Shown piece by piece: positions 33,546-42,105 of a stretch of 64,000 nucleotides of DNA. The stretch's first letter is position 1; every line of letters starts with the position of its first letter. The DNA lies in assembly GCA_040756875.1 (NCBI GenBank), contig JBFLYH010000002.1, forward strand, positions 799,078 to 863,077. Reading direction: 5' to 3'. Made by a program: the position numbers and the translations under genes. The notes beneath the pieces were generated by a model, which saw only the letters and a list, made by a program, of their open reading frames with translations, searched no databases and was not told the DNA's origin. Source of the DNA: a candidate division FCPU426 bacterium (GTDB lineage Bacteria; Oederibacteriota; JAAXVQ01; JAUVAV01).

Positions 33546-34991
33546 ATGCAAGCAAAAATCAGCACGTGGTTCATTGCCGGATTGTGGGTGCTCTATGCCT
33601 GCGGCGCAGCCGACGGCGCCTGGACCCAATTGGGATCAAGCCTGAATATCAATTCGAACCAGAGCGGACTGCGTCCCAGAATCGCCATTTACAACAACCA
33701 GCCGTATGTGACTTGGCACGAGAACAATCCCTCCTATCCGGCAACGCATATCTATGTCAAGCAATGGAACGGCAGCAATTGGGTGCAAGTGGGCGGCGCC
33801 TTAAACTTCAATGTAGCTACGAACGCCAGTTATCCCAGTATCGCTTGTTCCGGCAGCCATCAGTATGTTGCTTGGATCGAAGGCTCGCCCTCACAAACGT
33901 ATGTTTCCGGATGGAACGGCACCGGGTGGACCTCCGGCACCAACCTGAACGTCAACGGCGCCAACACCAGTTACACTCCGGAAATTGAAATGTTGGGAGA
34001 ATCGCCCTATGTGACCTGGCGGGAGAGCTCGGATGTTTATATGAAGTTTTATAACGGGACCGATTGGCAGCAACTGGGCTCGGGTGCCATTAACACTAAA
34101 ACGTCGGCGTTTTATCCTCGGGTTGCGTTTCGTGGCACCACACCACTGGATCTGTTCTATGAAGAATCATCGCTGACCGTGAAGCAGTATACCGGTGGGA
34201 ATTGGGACTTCGTGCATGGCGCGGTGAACAATTTTTCCACCGGATTGGGCATGGGAGGAATAGCCACCTCGAGCATCGGGACGTATGTGACCTGGTTCGA
34301 AGGGTCTCCCACGCAAATTCTCGTTAAAGTCGATTACGGCAGCGCGTGGGAAGCGGTGGGCGGCACCCTGAACGTTGACCCGCTCTATAACGCGTATAAT
34401 CCCAGAATCGCCCTGGTGAGCAACACGCCGTATGTGACCTGGTATGAATACTCCGCCATAGCGAACCAGGTTTATGTGAAATATTACAACGGCACCAGCG
34501 CCAGTTGGCAAAACTTGGGCGGCAGTTTGAATGGGAACACAAGCAATGCCGCCACCACTCCGGATATTGCCATTTCCAATTCCGGGGTCTATGTGGTTTG
34601 GTGCGAGAACGACGGCGTGGCCCAGCAAGTTTATGTCAAGTATTGGGATTTCCCGGCGCCGATCGCCACGCCCACCCCCACGTCCATACCCAGTCCGACG
34701 CCGACCCCGTGGGTCCATGGCGGGCTGAGTAAGAACTCCTCCCTGGCTTATCCCAATCCCGCGGCCAACCGCGTCACCGTTAGTTTCTGGGCGGACAGCG
34801 GCAGCGGCGAAGCGGTGGTGCGTTTTTACAATACCCACTATCGCTTGGTGGCCCAGGCCAGCGGCACGGCAACTGACGGTCAGGGTGAAATCAGCCTGGA
34901 TATTTCCGGTATGGCGCCAGGAGTGTATTTTTACCAAGTCATGACAGGCGGGACTAAATTGCCCATGGGCAGGGTCGTGGTGGCCCGATGA
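33546..34991 (+). CDS. Secreted beta-propeller repeat protein with T9SS type A-like C-terminal sorting domain
   Basis: Signal peptide, seven W-x-x-[LV]-G-[GS]-x-[LIV]-N repeats, PT linker, CTD AYPNPA...APGVYFYQV...RVVVAR; start 33540 or 33546. Confidence 0.8.
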   Translation: MQAKISTWFIAGLWVLYACGAADGAWTQLGSSLNINSNQSGLRPRIAIYNNQPYVTWHENNPSYPATHIYVKQWNGSNWVQVGGALNFNVATNASYPSIACSGSHQYVAWIEGSPSQTYVSGWNGTGWTSGTNLNVNGANTSYTPEIEMLGESPYVTWRESSDVYMKFYNGTDWQQLGSGAINTKTSAFYPRVAFRGTTPLDLFYEESSLTVKQYTGGNWDFVHGAVNNFSTGLGMGGIATSSIGTYVTWFEGSPTQILVKVDYGSAWEAVGGTLNVDPLYNAYNPRIALVSNTPYVTWYEYSAIANQVYVKYYNGTSASWQNLGGSLNGNTSNAATTPDIAISNSGVYVVWCENDGVAQQVYVKYWDFPAPIATPTPTSIPSPTPTPWVHGGLSKNSSLAYPNPAANRVTVSFWADSGSGEAVVRFYNTHYRLVAQASGTATDGQGEISLDISGMAPGVYFYQVMTGGTKLPMGRVVVAR

Positions 34992-36550
34992 ACCGGGCAG
35001 CAAGATGGATGACCGCCGGAGCATTGCTGCTGGCTGTTGCGGGACCGGCAAAGGCGGACTGGGTGTCATTGGACGGCAGCCTGGATGTCGTCGCCACCGA
35101 GGACGCCGCAAACCCGAAAATTGACGTCGCACGCCAATCAGCCGCGGAAGATGTGCCGTACGCGGTTTTTCAGGAGTTGAACACCTCCCCGGCTGTGTGG
35201 CGCGGTTATGCGCGAGTCTGGGATAATGGCGTTTGGCGAGATGTCACCTCCACCGCCGGCCCTTTTAACATGGATGCGGATATTAGCGCGGATGATCCGG
35301 ATTTGGCGGTTATGAATAACACCGGAACCCACTATGTGTTTGTAACCTGGTCGGAATACTCCGCCCTCTATTCCCGAATATTTGTGAAAATGTGGAAAAA
35401 CGGCGATGCGAGCTGGAGCCAGGTCCCGGATTTGCCCAATGTATGGCTGAACCGTTTCGACCGCGACGCCTACTACCCCACGATCGCCTTAATGGATTCG
35501 AATCCGCCGGTGCCGTTCGTGGCGTGGCAGGAAATCGCCGGAATGGGAACCAATATCTACGTGAAGACTTTTAACGGCACCAGTTGGACACCGCTTGCCG
35601 ATGCCGTGAACCGGACAGCCACCTCTACGGCCAAATGGCCCCGTATTGCCATCGGCACGGACGACCTCCCGGTGGTGACGTGGGAGGAGACACTGAACGG
35701 CAACTATGACATCTATGTGTCGCGCTGGAACGGCTCGGCTTGGGTACCCTTAGGGGCGGGATTGAAGGACCAGGGTCCGACCATTAAAGCCAATGAACCC
35801 GCACTGGCCATAGACGCCGCCAACCGGCCCTGGGTGGTTTTTTTAGAAGGGTCATCAACAGCTATGGAAGTGAAAGTCAAGCGGTTCGACGGCGTGAATT
35901 GGGGGCTGGCCGGCTCGGCGGTCACGACCGGACTCGAAGCCGAATGGCCCCGCTTGGAACTCGCCCAGGGCGGAGAAGCTTTTGTCAGTCTGGTGGATCT
36001 ATCCACTGCTCCCAGCCAGCAAGTCCGGGTTTACCAACTGGTCGACCAAACCTGGACGCGGCTGGGCGTTAGCACGAACGTGAATCCGGCGGACAACGGG
36101 GATCGGCCCGATGTGGTGGTCAAGAACGGGCAACCGGTCTGCGTTTGGAGCGAGCAGGCCGGCAACCGGAACGTTTACGTCAAGCAATGGGTGCCGCCCA
36201 CGCCGCTGCCCACCTCCACACCCACTACGACCCCCACGCCAGGACCTGTCCCAACCTCCACGCCCCCGGCCGTGGCCAGCGCGCTGAGTCCCAATACGGC
36301 GAAAGCCTATCCCATACCAGCGTCCAGCCACGTTACTTTCGCGTTCCGGGCGGACGGCAGCAGCGGCGAAGCAGTGGTGCGGTTGTACAACACCCATTAT
36401 CGTTTGATTACCCAGGTCCAGGGCGCGGCGGTTGGCGGCCTGGGAGAAATCAGCCTTGAAGTTTCGGATATCGCACCCGGAATCTATTTCTATCAAGTCG
36501 TGGTGGGCGATAAAAAATTGCCGATGGGCAAATTGGTGGTGGCGAGATGA
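34988..36550 (+). CDS. Paralogous secreted beta-propeller protein with T9SS type A-like C-terminal sorting domain
   Basis: Signal peptide ending AKA, seven similar repeats, PT linker, CTD AYPIPA...APGIYFYQV...KLVVAR. Confidence 0.8.
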   Translation: MNRAARWMTAGALLLAVAGPAKADWVSLDGSLDVVATEDAANPKIDVARQSAAEDVPYAVFQELNTSPAVWRGYARVWDNGVWRDVTSTAGPFNMDADISADDPDLAVMNNTGTHYVFVTWSEYSALYSRIFVKMWKNGDASWSQVPDLPNVWLNRFDRDAYYPTIALMDSNPPVPFVAWQEIAGMGTNIYVKTFNGTSWTPLADAVNRTATSTAKWPRIAIGTDDLPVVTWEETLNGNYDIYVSRWNGSAWVPLGAGLKDQGPTIKANEPALAIDAANRPWVVFLEGSSTAMEVKVKRFDGVNWGLAGSAVTTGLEAEWPRLELAQGGEAFVSLVDLSTAPSQQVRVYQLVDQTWTRLGVSTNVNPADNGDRPDVVVKNGQPVCVWSEQAGNRNVYVKQWVPPTPLPTSTPTTTPTPGPVPTSTPPAVASALSPNTAKAYPIPASSHVTFAFRADGSSGEAVVRLYNTHYRLITQVQGAAVGGLGEISLEVSDIAPGIYFYQVVVGDKKLPMGKLVVAR

Positions 36551-38235
36551 AACGATTGGCGAGCAGTCTGCTGATACTGTGGGGAATGCTTGGCTGTCCG
36601 CCGGGCGTGTGGGCGGACAACAACGTGGTGGCTCCGTTTCTGCAGGAGGGCCTCGGAGGACGGGGCGTAGGCATGGGCGAAAATTTCGCGGCCGTGGCCG
36701 AAGGACCGTTTGGCTGGCATTACAATCCCGCAGGTTTGGCCATGGCCCGCAATGCGGCCGTGGGGTATCAGCACGAAGCTCTTTCAGACTTGGTGCAGCA
36801 CAATGTTTTCGCCGGGTCCCTGCCCCTGGGCTCGGGCAGCCTGGCGGCGCTGATTAATTTCTTCAATTATGGTTCGATCGACGAGGTGGACACCAGCGGA
36901 CAGCGCACAGGCAGCGTACTGACACCGCAGGACGGCTCCTTTTTTCTGGGCTACGGAATGGCGGTGAGCGATGCCTGGGGCATCGGAGCGAACGTCGGTT
37001 ATTTCAACGAGGCCCTGGGGCCCAGCAGCGTATCCGGATTGACCGTGGATTTGGGCGGGAAGTGGGATCTGGCGCCGGATTGGTCCTTAGCCGGCGTGAT
37101 TAAAAACCTGGGCGGAAAACCGCAGGGCTATTCCTTGCCCGGCACCATGCTGTTGGCTGGAAGTTACCGGCCATTTCCCGACTGGCTGCTGCTGGATATG
37201 GAACTGGCTCTGCCCATGTACAGCGGCTTTACGGATCTGGGACTGGGTGCGGAGTTCAAGCCCTGGCAATGGCTGGACCTGCGTCTGGGCTTTAAAGTGC
37301 CCTTGCGCAGCCTGGAGGGGGCGGCTATGAATGGGTTGGTATTTGGCGCCGGCTTCTGGATGGGCGGGTTCTGCCTGGATCTGGCGCTGGCGAGCAAAGG
37401 GGACATGGGCTCCAAATTGTCTCTGGCCCTGGGATACACCTTTGGCCGTTCCACCCAGCCCGCGACTGCCGCGGCGCAACCCCCCCAGAAGGCCGTGCCC
37501 GCCGAAAGCACCGGGCATATTCCCGTGACCACGGGAACGGATCAAGCGGCATTTCACTTTAAGGCCGGCCAGGAATACGAGCGGTATGATCAATTGATTG
37601 ACGCCATTGTGGAATATAAAGCGGCTTTGCAGCTTCGGCCCAACTATCCCGAAGCGCTAAAAGCCCTGGCTGCAGTCAAAAACAAAGCCAAAAACCAGGC
37701 CGAAGCGGATCAAGCCGAATCCCAGGCTGCCAAAGCCACCGGCCAACCCGAGTCCCTGCAAAAACTCATCCGCAAGTACTACCACGAAGGCGAGATCGCG
37801 TATCAGCAAAAGGACTACACCACGGCCGTGCAGAAGCTGCAGCTGGTGATGGAAATGACCACTCAACACCGCCAGGCTACGGAGCTGCTGGAAAAAGCCC
37901 GCGCCGCGCTCAACAGCGAAATGGCATCGCTGCGGCGGCAGGCCGCCCAGGCCGAGGAGAACGGGGATCTGGCGGGCCAGGTCGAGGCGCATGAAAAAAT
38001 GCTCGATCTGCGCCCCGAGGACAAGCAAATCAAGGCCAAGCTGGAGGCGCTCAAGGTCCGCATCCCCCAGGAGGCGGAACGCCTGTATAAAACCGGCGTG
38101 GAGTATTACGCCCGGAGGGAATACCGCAAAGCGCTTAGCGTGTTCGAAAAACTGCTTACACTGCAGCCGGACCACGTGAAGGCCCGCGATGCGTTGAACA
38201 ACACCAAGGAGAAACTGATCCAGACCGGCCAGTAA
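36547..38235 (+). CDS. PorV/PorQ-like (FadL-type) outer-membrane barrel fused to a TPR array
   Basis: FLQEGLGGRGVGMGENFAAVA....YNPAGLA N-terminal signature, alternating beta-strands, then TPR repeats. Confidence 0.78.
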   Translation: MKRLASSLLILWGMLGCPPGVWADNNVVAPFLQEGLGGRGVGMGENFAAVAEGPFGWHYNPAGLAMARNAAVGYQHEALSDLVQHNVFAGSLPLGSGSLAALINFFNYGSIDEVDTSGQRTGSVLTPQDGSFFLGYGMAVSDAWGIGANVGYFNEALGPSSVSGLTVDLGGKWDLAPDWSLAGVIKNLGGKPQGYSLPGTMLLAGSYRPFPDWLLLDMELALPMYSGFTDLGLGAEFKPWQWLDLRLGFKVPLRSLEGAAMNGLVFGAGFWMGGFCLDLALASKGDMGSKLSLALGYTFGRSTQPATAAAQPPQKAVPAESTGHIPVTTGTDQAAFHFKAGQEYERYDQLIDAIVEYKAALQLRPNYPEALKALAAVKNKAKNQAEADQAESQAAKATGQPESLQKLIRKYYHEGEIAYQQKDYTTAVQKLQLVMEMTTQHRQATELLEKARAALNSEMASLRRQAAQAEENGDLAGQVEAHEKMLDLRPEDKQIKAKLEALKVRIPQEAERLYKTGVEYYARREYRKALSVFEKLLTLQPDHVKARDALNNTKEKLIQTGQ

Positions 38236-38257
38236 CCGGCGGCGGGAACCCCAAAGC

Positions 38258-39247
38258 ATGAACAAGAACCTGCAGGAGATCAACGATCTCATCAAGTACG
38301 AAAGTGCCTTTGTAGAGGATATTCTGGCCGAGATGGACAAGGTCATCGTCGGCCAGCTACCCATGGTGGAGCGGCTGTTGATCGGGCTGCTGGCCAATGG
38401 CCACATCCTGATCGAAGGCGTGCCCGGCTTGGCCAAGACTCTGGCCGTGAAAACCCTAGCCGCGACCATTGACACCAAGTTCCAGCGCATCCAGTTTACG
38501 CCGGACCTGCTGCCCGCCGATATTTTAGGGACGTTGATTTTCGACCAGAAGCAGCAGGAATTCATTCCCAAGCAGGGCCCGGTGTTCGCCAACCTGATCC
38601 TGGCCGACGAAATCAACCGCGCACCGGCCAAGGTGCAGAGCGCGCTGCTGGAGGCCATGCAGGAGCGGCAGGTAACCATCGGCGACAAGACCTATCCGTT
38701 GCCCGAACCCTTTCTGGTGCTGGCCACGCAGAACCCCATCGAACAAGAAGGCACCTATCCGCTGCCGGAAGCCCAAATTGACCGGTTCATGCTCAAGATC
38801 AAGGTGACCTATCCGGCCATGGCCGAGGAACTGGACATCATCCGCCGTCACGCCCGCGGCAAGACGTATAAAGTCTCGAACCGGACCGAACCCGAACAGA
38901 TCATGAAAGCGCGCCAGACCCTGTTCAAGATCTACATGGATGAAAAAATCGAGCAGTACATCGTCAGTTTAGTAATGGCCACACGGCAGCCCGCGGATTT
39001 CGGCCTGCCCGAGCTGGCGCCCCACGTTCAGTACGGCGCCTCGCCGCGCGCCTCCCTGTACCTCTCCCAGGCCAGCCGCGCCCACGCCTTTTTGCGGCGG
39101 CGGGGCTACGTGGCGCCGGAGGACGTGCAGGCCGTGGCTCTGGACGTGCTGCGGCACCGGCTGATCCTGACCTACGAAGCCGAAGCCGAAGAAGTGACTC
39201 CGGACGAAATCGTGCAGAAGATTCTGGAGAAGGTGGAAATCCCCTAA
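38258..39247 (+). CDS. moxR: MoxR-family AAA+ ATPase
   Basis: GHILIEGVPGLAKT, RIQFTPDLLPADI, LADEINRAPAKVQSALLEAMQE, ATQNPIEQEGTYPLPEAQIDRF, GASPRA. Confidence 0.95.
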   Translation: MNKNLQEINDLIKYESAFVEDILAEMDKVIVGQLPMVERLLIGLLANGHILIEGVPGLAKTLAVKTLAATIDTKFQRIQFTPDLLPADILGTLIFDQKQQEFIPKQGPVFANLILADEINRAPAKVQSALLEAMQERQVTIGDKTYPLPEPFLVLATQNPIEQEGTYPLPEAQIDRFMLKIKVTYPAMAEELDIIRRHARGKTYKVSNRTEPEQIMKARQTLFKIYMDEKIEQYIVSLVMATRQPADFGLPELAPHVQYGASPRASLYLSQASRAHAFLRRRGYVAPEDVQAVALDVLRHRLILTYEAEAEEVTPDEIVQKILEKVEIP

Positions 39248-39250
39248 GCG

Positions 39251-40156
39251 ATGGCCGTGGCCGAAGGTCCCGCGACCTCCCCTCAGGAACTGCTCCGGCG
39301 CGTGCGGCGGATCGAATTGGCGACGCGCGCCGTGGTGAACCAGATATTTTCCGGCGCCTACCACAGCATCTTCAAAGGCCAGGGCGTGGAATTCCACGAA
39401 GTGCGCCCCTACCAGCGCGGCGACGATGTCCGCACCATCGACTGGAATGTCACGGCCCGCACGGGCAACCTGCACGTCAAGCGCTTCAGCGAGGAACGGG
39501 AGCTGACCATGGTTCTGGCCGTGGACGTTTCCGCCTCCTCGGCCTTCGGCTCGGGCCAGCTGAACAAGGCCGAGCTGGCGGCCGAGATCTCCGCCGTGCT
39601 GGCCTTCTCGGCGATCAAGAACAACGACCGCGTGGGACTGCTCCTGTTTTCGGACCGGCGGGAAAAGTTCGTTCCGCCCCGCAAAGGCCGGCGCCATGTC
39701 ATGCGCATCATCACCGAAGTGCTGGCGGCCAAACCCACGGCGCGTCGCACAGACCTGAACTGCGCCCTGGAGTTTCTCGCCCGCGGCCTCAAGCGCCGCA
39801 GCATCGTGTTTCTGCTCTCGGATTTTTTCTCTCCGGCCTTCACCTCCAGCCTGCGCGTAGCCACGCGCAAGCACGACTGCGTGGCCATGGTGCTGAACGA
39901 TCCGCGCGAGTACGAGCTGCCCCCCCTGGGCTGGGTCAGCCTGGTGGACCCCGAAAGCGGGGAGGCGGCGGAAGTGAACAGCAGCGACGACCACTCGCGG
40001 CAGGAATACCAGCGCTTCGCCAGGGCGAGGGCGCGAGCCCGGCTCTCTTATTTCGCGCAGCATCGCGTGGACGCCGTGGACCTGTTTACGCACACTTCGT
40101 ATCTCGCGCCAATGATAGCTTTTTTCCGCGCCCGGCGCCGGAAACTGGCGGGATGA
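39251..40156 (+). CDS. DUF58 domain protein
   Basis: GQGVEFHEVRPYQRGDDVRTIDWNVTAR, DVSAS, LSDF. Confidence 0.93.
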   Translation: MAVAEGPATSPQELLRRVRRIELATRAVVNQIFSGAYHSIFKGQGVEFHEVRPYQRGDDVRTIDWNVTARTGNLHVKRFSEERELTMVLAVDVSASSAFGSGQLNKAELAAEISAVLAFSAIKNNDRVGLLLFSDRREKFVPPRKGRRHVMRIITEVLAAKPTARRTDLNCALEFLARGLKRRSIVFLLSDFFSPAFTSSLRVATRKHDCVAMVLNDPREYELPPLGWVSLVDPESGEAAEVNSSDDHSRQEYQRFARARARARLSYFAQHRVDAVDLFTHTSYLAPMIAFFRARRRKLAG

Positions 40157-41082
40157 GCATGCGGCCCGGAGTGGGATGCCTGCTGGCCGCAGCAAGCCTG
40201 GCCGTTGGCCTGGTTGCGCAGCCGTCCCCGGCGTGCGCCGAAGAGGCGCTGTGGGTGGAGGCGGCCGTCAACACCCGCCTGGTCAAGTGCGGTGAACCCT
40301 TCAAGCTGGTGCTGACCGCCGGTGCCCGCAACGGTGTGGTGAAGCTTCCGGGAAAAACCGCGGTCATCCCCAGCGCACAGATCCTGGCGTACGACGAACG
40401 CGACGTCAGCGCGCGCCACGAGGGCTATGTGGCGCGCCAGGGCGTCTACCGGCTGGCGTTTTTCACCACCGAGGACATCGTTGTGCCGCCGCTGCCGGTC
40501 TGGGTGCAGTGGGCCGACGGCAGCACGGCCACCGCCTTTTCCTGGCCGGAGCGCCTGGGCCTGCTCAGCCTCAGACCCGAAGCCGGCCTCTCCCTGATCG
40601 ATCCCCGTCCGCCCCGCCGCTCCCTCAATGTGATCGGCACCGTGGCCTTGGCCGTGGTGCTGCTGGCCGCGGGTATGCGCCTGCTGATGGCGGGCCGCCG
40701 CCGGCCCAAGCGCAAGGCCGTGCAACCGCCCGCCCACCTGGAAGCCGTCAAACAGCTGGAAGCGCTGGGCGCTTCGCCGGTCGTGGCTTCGGCCGAATTG
40801 AGCCGCGAGTACTTTACGGCCCTGTCGCGCATTGTGCGGCGCTATCTGGCGCAGCGCTACCGGTTTCCGGCCCTGGAACTCGCGCGCACTACGATCCTGG
40901 CGCGGTTGGAATCCGCAGGCGTGGAGGCCAAGCGGCGGGAGCTCATCGACCAGCTGCTGTCCGAGACGGATCTGGTGAAATATGCGCAGGAACCCGCGGA
41001 CAACAAGCGCGTGGCCGCGGCCCACGGACTGGCCAAAGAAATCATCCGGCTCACGCGGGAATCGCAGGAGGCCAACGCATGA
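40153..41082 (+). CDS. Bat-operon hypothetical membrane protein (BatD-like N-terminus, TM, helical C-terminus)
   Basis: Signal peptide, TM, YF..LS.IVRRYL..RY...ALE..TT and DLVKYA motifs typical of the gene preceding batA. Confidence 0.8.
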   Translation: MSMRPGVGCLLAAASLAVGLVAQPSPACAEEALWVEAAVNTRLVKCGEPFKLVLTAGARNGVVKLPGKTAVIPSAQILAYDERDVSARHEGYVARQGVYRLAFFTTEDIVVPPLPVWVQWADGSTATAFSWPERLGLLSLRPEAGLSLIDPRPPRRSLNVIGTVALAVVLLAAGMRLLMAGRRRPKRKAVQPPAHLEAVKQLEALGASPVVASAELSREYFTALSRIVRRYLAQRYRFPALELARTTILARLESAGVEAKRRELIDQLLSETDLVKYAQEPADNKRVAAAHGLAKEIIRLTRESQEANA

Positions 41083-42083
41083 CTTTCGGCCAGCCCTGGC
41101 TCCTGCTCGCGCTGCTGCTCCTGCCCGCGGCCTGGTGGCTGCGCCGCCAGGGCTGGGGCGAGCCGGCGGCTGTCGATTATCCGGAAGCCGCTTCGGTGCG
41201 CGGTGCCTTCCGGGGCGGCCGTCGTCCGGGCAGCGGCTGGGCTGAAACCCTGCGCGTGGCCGGCCTGATCCTGATCCTGCTGGCCGTGGCCCAGCCCCAA
41301 TGGCTGCACAGCACGCAGCAGCAGCAAGCCATAGGCCTGGATTTGCTGCTGGCCTTGGATCTGTCGGGGAGCATGTCCGCGCGGGATTTCGAGCCCCAAA
41401 ACCGGCTGCAGGCCGCCAAGGACGAAGCCCGGGCGTTCATCGCCAGGCAGCGGAACAACCGCCTCGGCCTGGTGGCGTTTGCGGCTCATGCGTTTACGGT
41501 TTGTCCGCTGACCCTGGATTACGGCGCCTTGCTGACGCTCATGGAGCACCTGAGCATCGGCATGACCACGGATGGCACGGCGCTCGGCATGGCCATCGCG
41601 ACCTGCGTGAACCGTCTGAAAGACTCTGAAGCGCCGTCCAAGGTGGTGGTCCTGCTCACCGATGGACGCAACAACGCCGGCCGCATCGATCCCCTGACCG
41701 CTGCCGAATTGGCCGCGGCCCTGAAGATCCGCATCTACACCATTGGCATGGGACAGCCGGAAGGCGGGCCGATTCTGCTGAAAAACGCGGCCGGTGAGGA
41801 AACCGCCATGCTGAATCCCGACGGCAGCGTGCATTTGGAAGCCATGGACGAGCCGACCCTGCAGCGCATCGCCCGGCTCACAGGCGGAAAATATTTTCGC
41901 GCCACGGACCGCAACAAACTGCGCGACATATACGCGGAGATCCAGGCCTTGGAAAAGTCCCGGCTGCTGTCCAAACGCTACACGGCCCGGGAGGATTTGG
42001 GCGGCTGGCTGCTGCTGGTTGCCATGTTGATCCTGTTGACGGAGACCGCGGTTTCGCAATGGTGGCAGCCGCGCGTGCCGTAA
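41079..42083 (+). CDS. batA: BatA-like von Willebrand factor A membrane protein
   Basis: MTFGQPWLL N-terminus, MIDAS DLSGSM, PLTLDY, GTALG, LLTDG; true start is ATG 41079 (ATGA overlap), not 40509. Confidence 0.9.
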   Translation: MTFGQPWLLLALLLLPAAWWLRRQGWGEPAAVDYPEAASVRGAFRGGRRPGSGWAETLRVAGLILILLAVAQPQWLHSTQQQQAIGLDLLLALDLSGSMSARDFEPQNRLQAAKDEARAFIARQRNNRLGLVAFAAHAFTVCPLTLDYGALLTLMEHLSIGMTTDGTALGMAIATCVNRLKDSEAPSKVVVLLTDGRNNAGRIDPLTAAELAAALKIRIYTIGMGQPEGGPILLKNAAGEETAMLNPDGSVHLEAMDEPTLQRIARLTGGKYFRATDRNKLRDIYAEIQALEKSRLLSKRYTAREDLGGWLLLVAMLILLTETAVSQWWQPRVP

Positions 42084-42105
42084 ATTCAAAAACGGAGGAC
42101 AAAGG

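Noticed and set aside
40509-41078. Long N-terminal extension of BatA
   Set aside because: Overlaps the upstream gene in another frame; the typical BatA start MTFGQPW is at 41079
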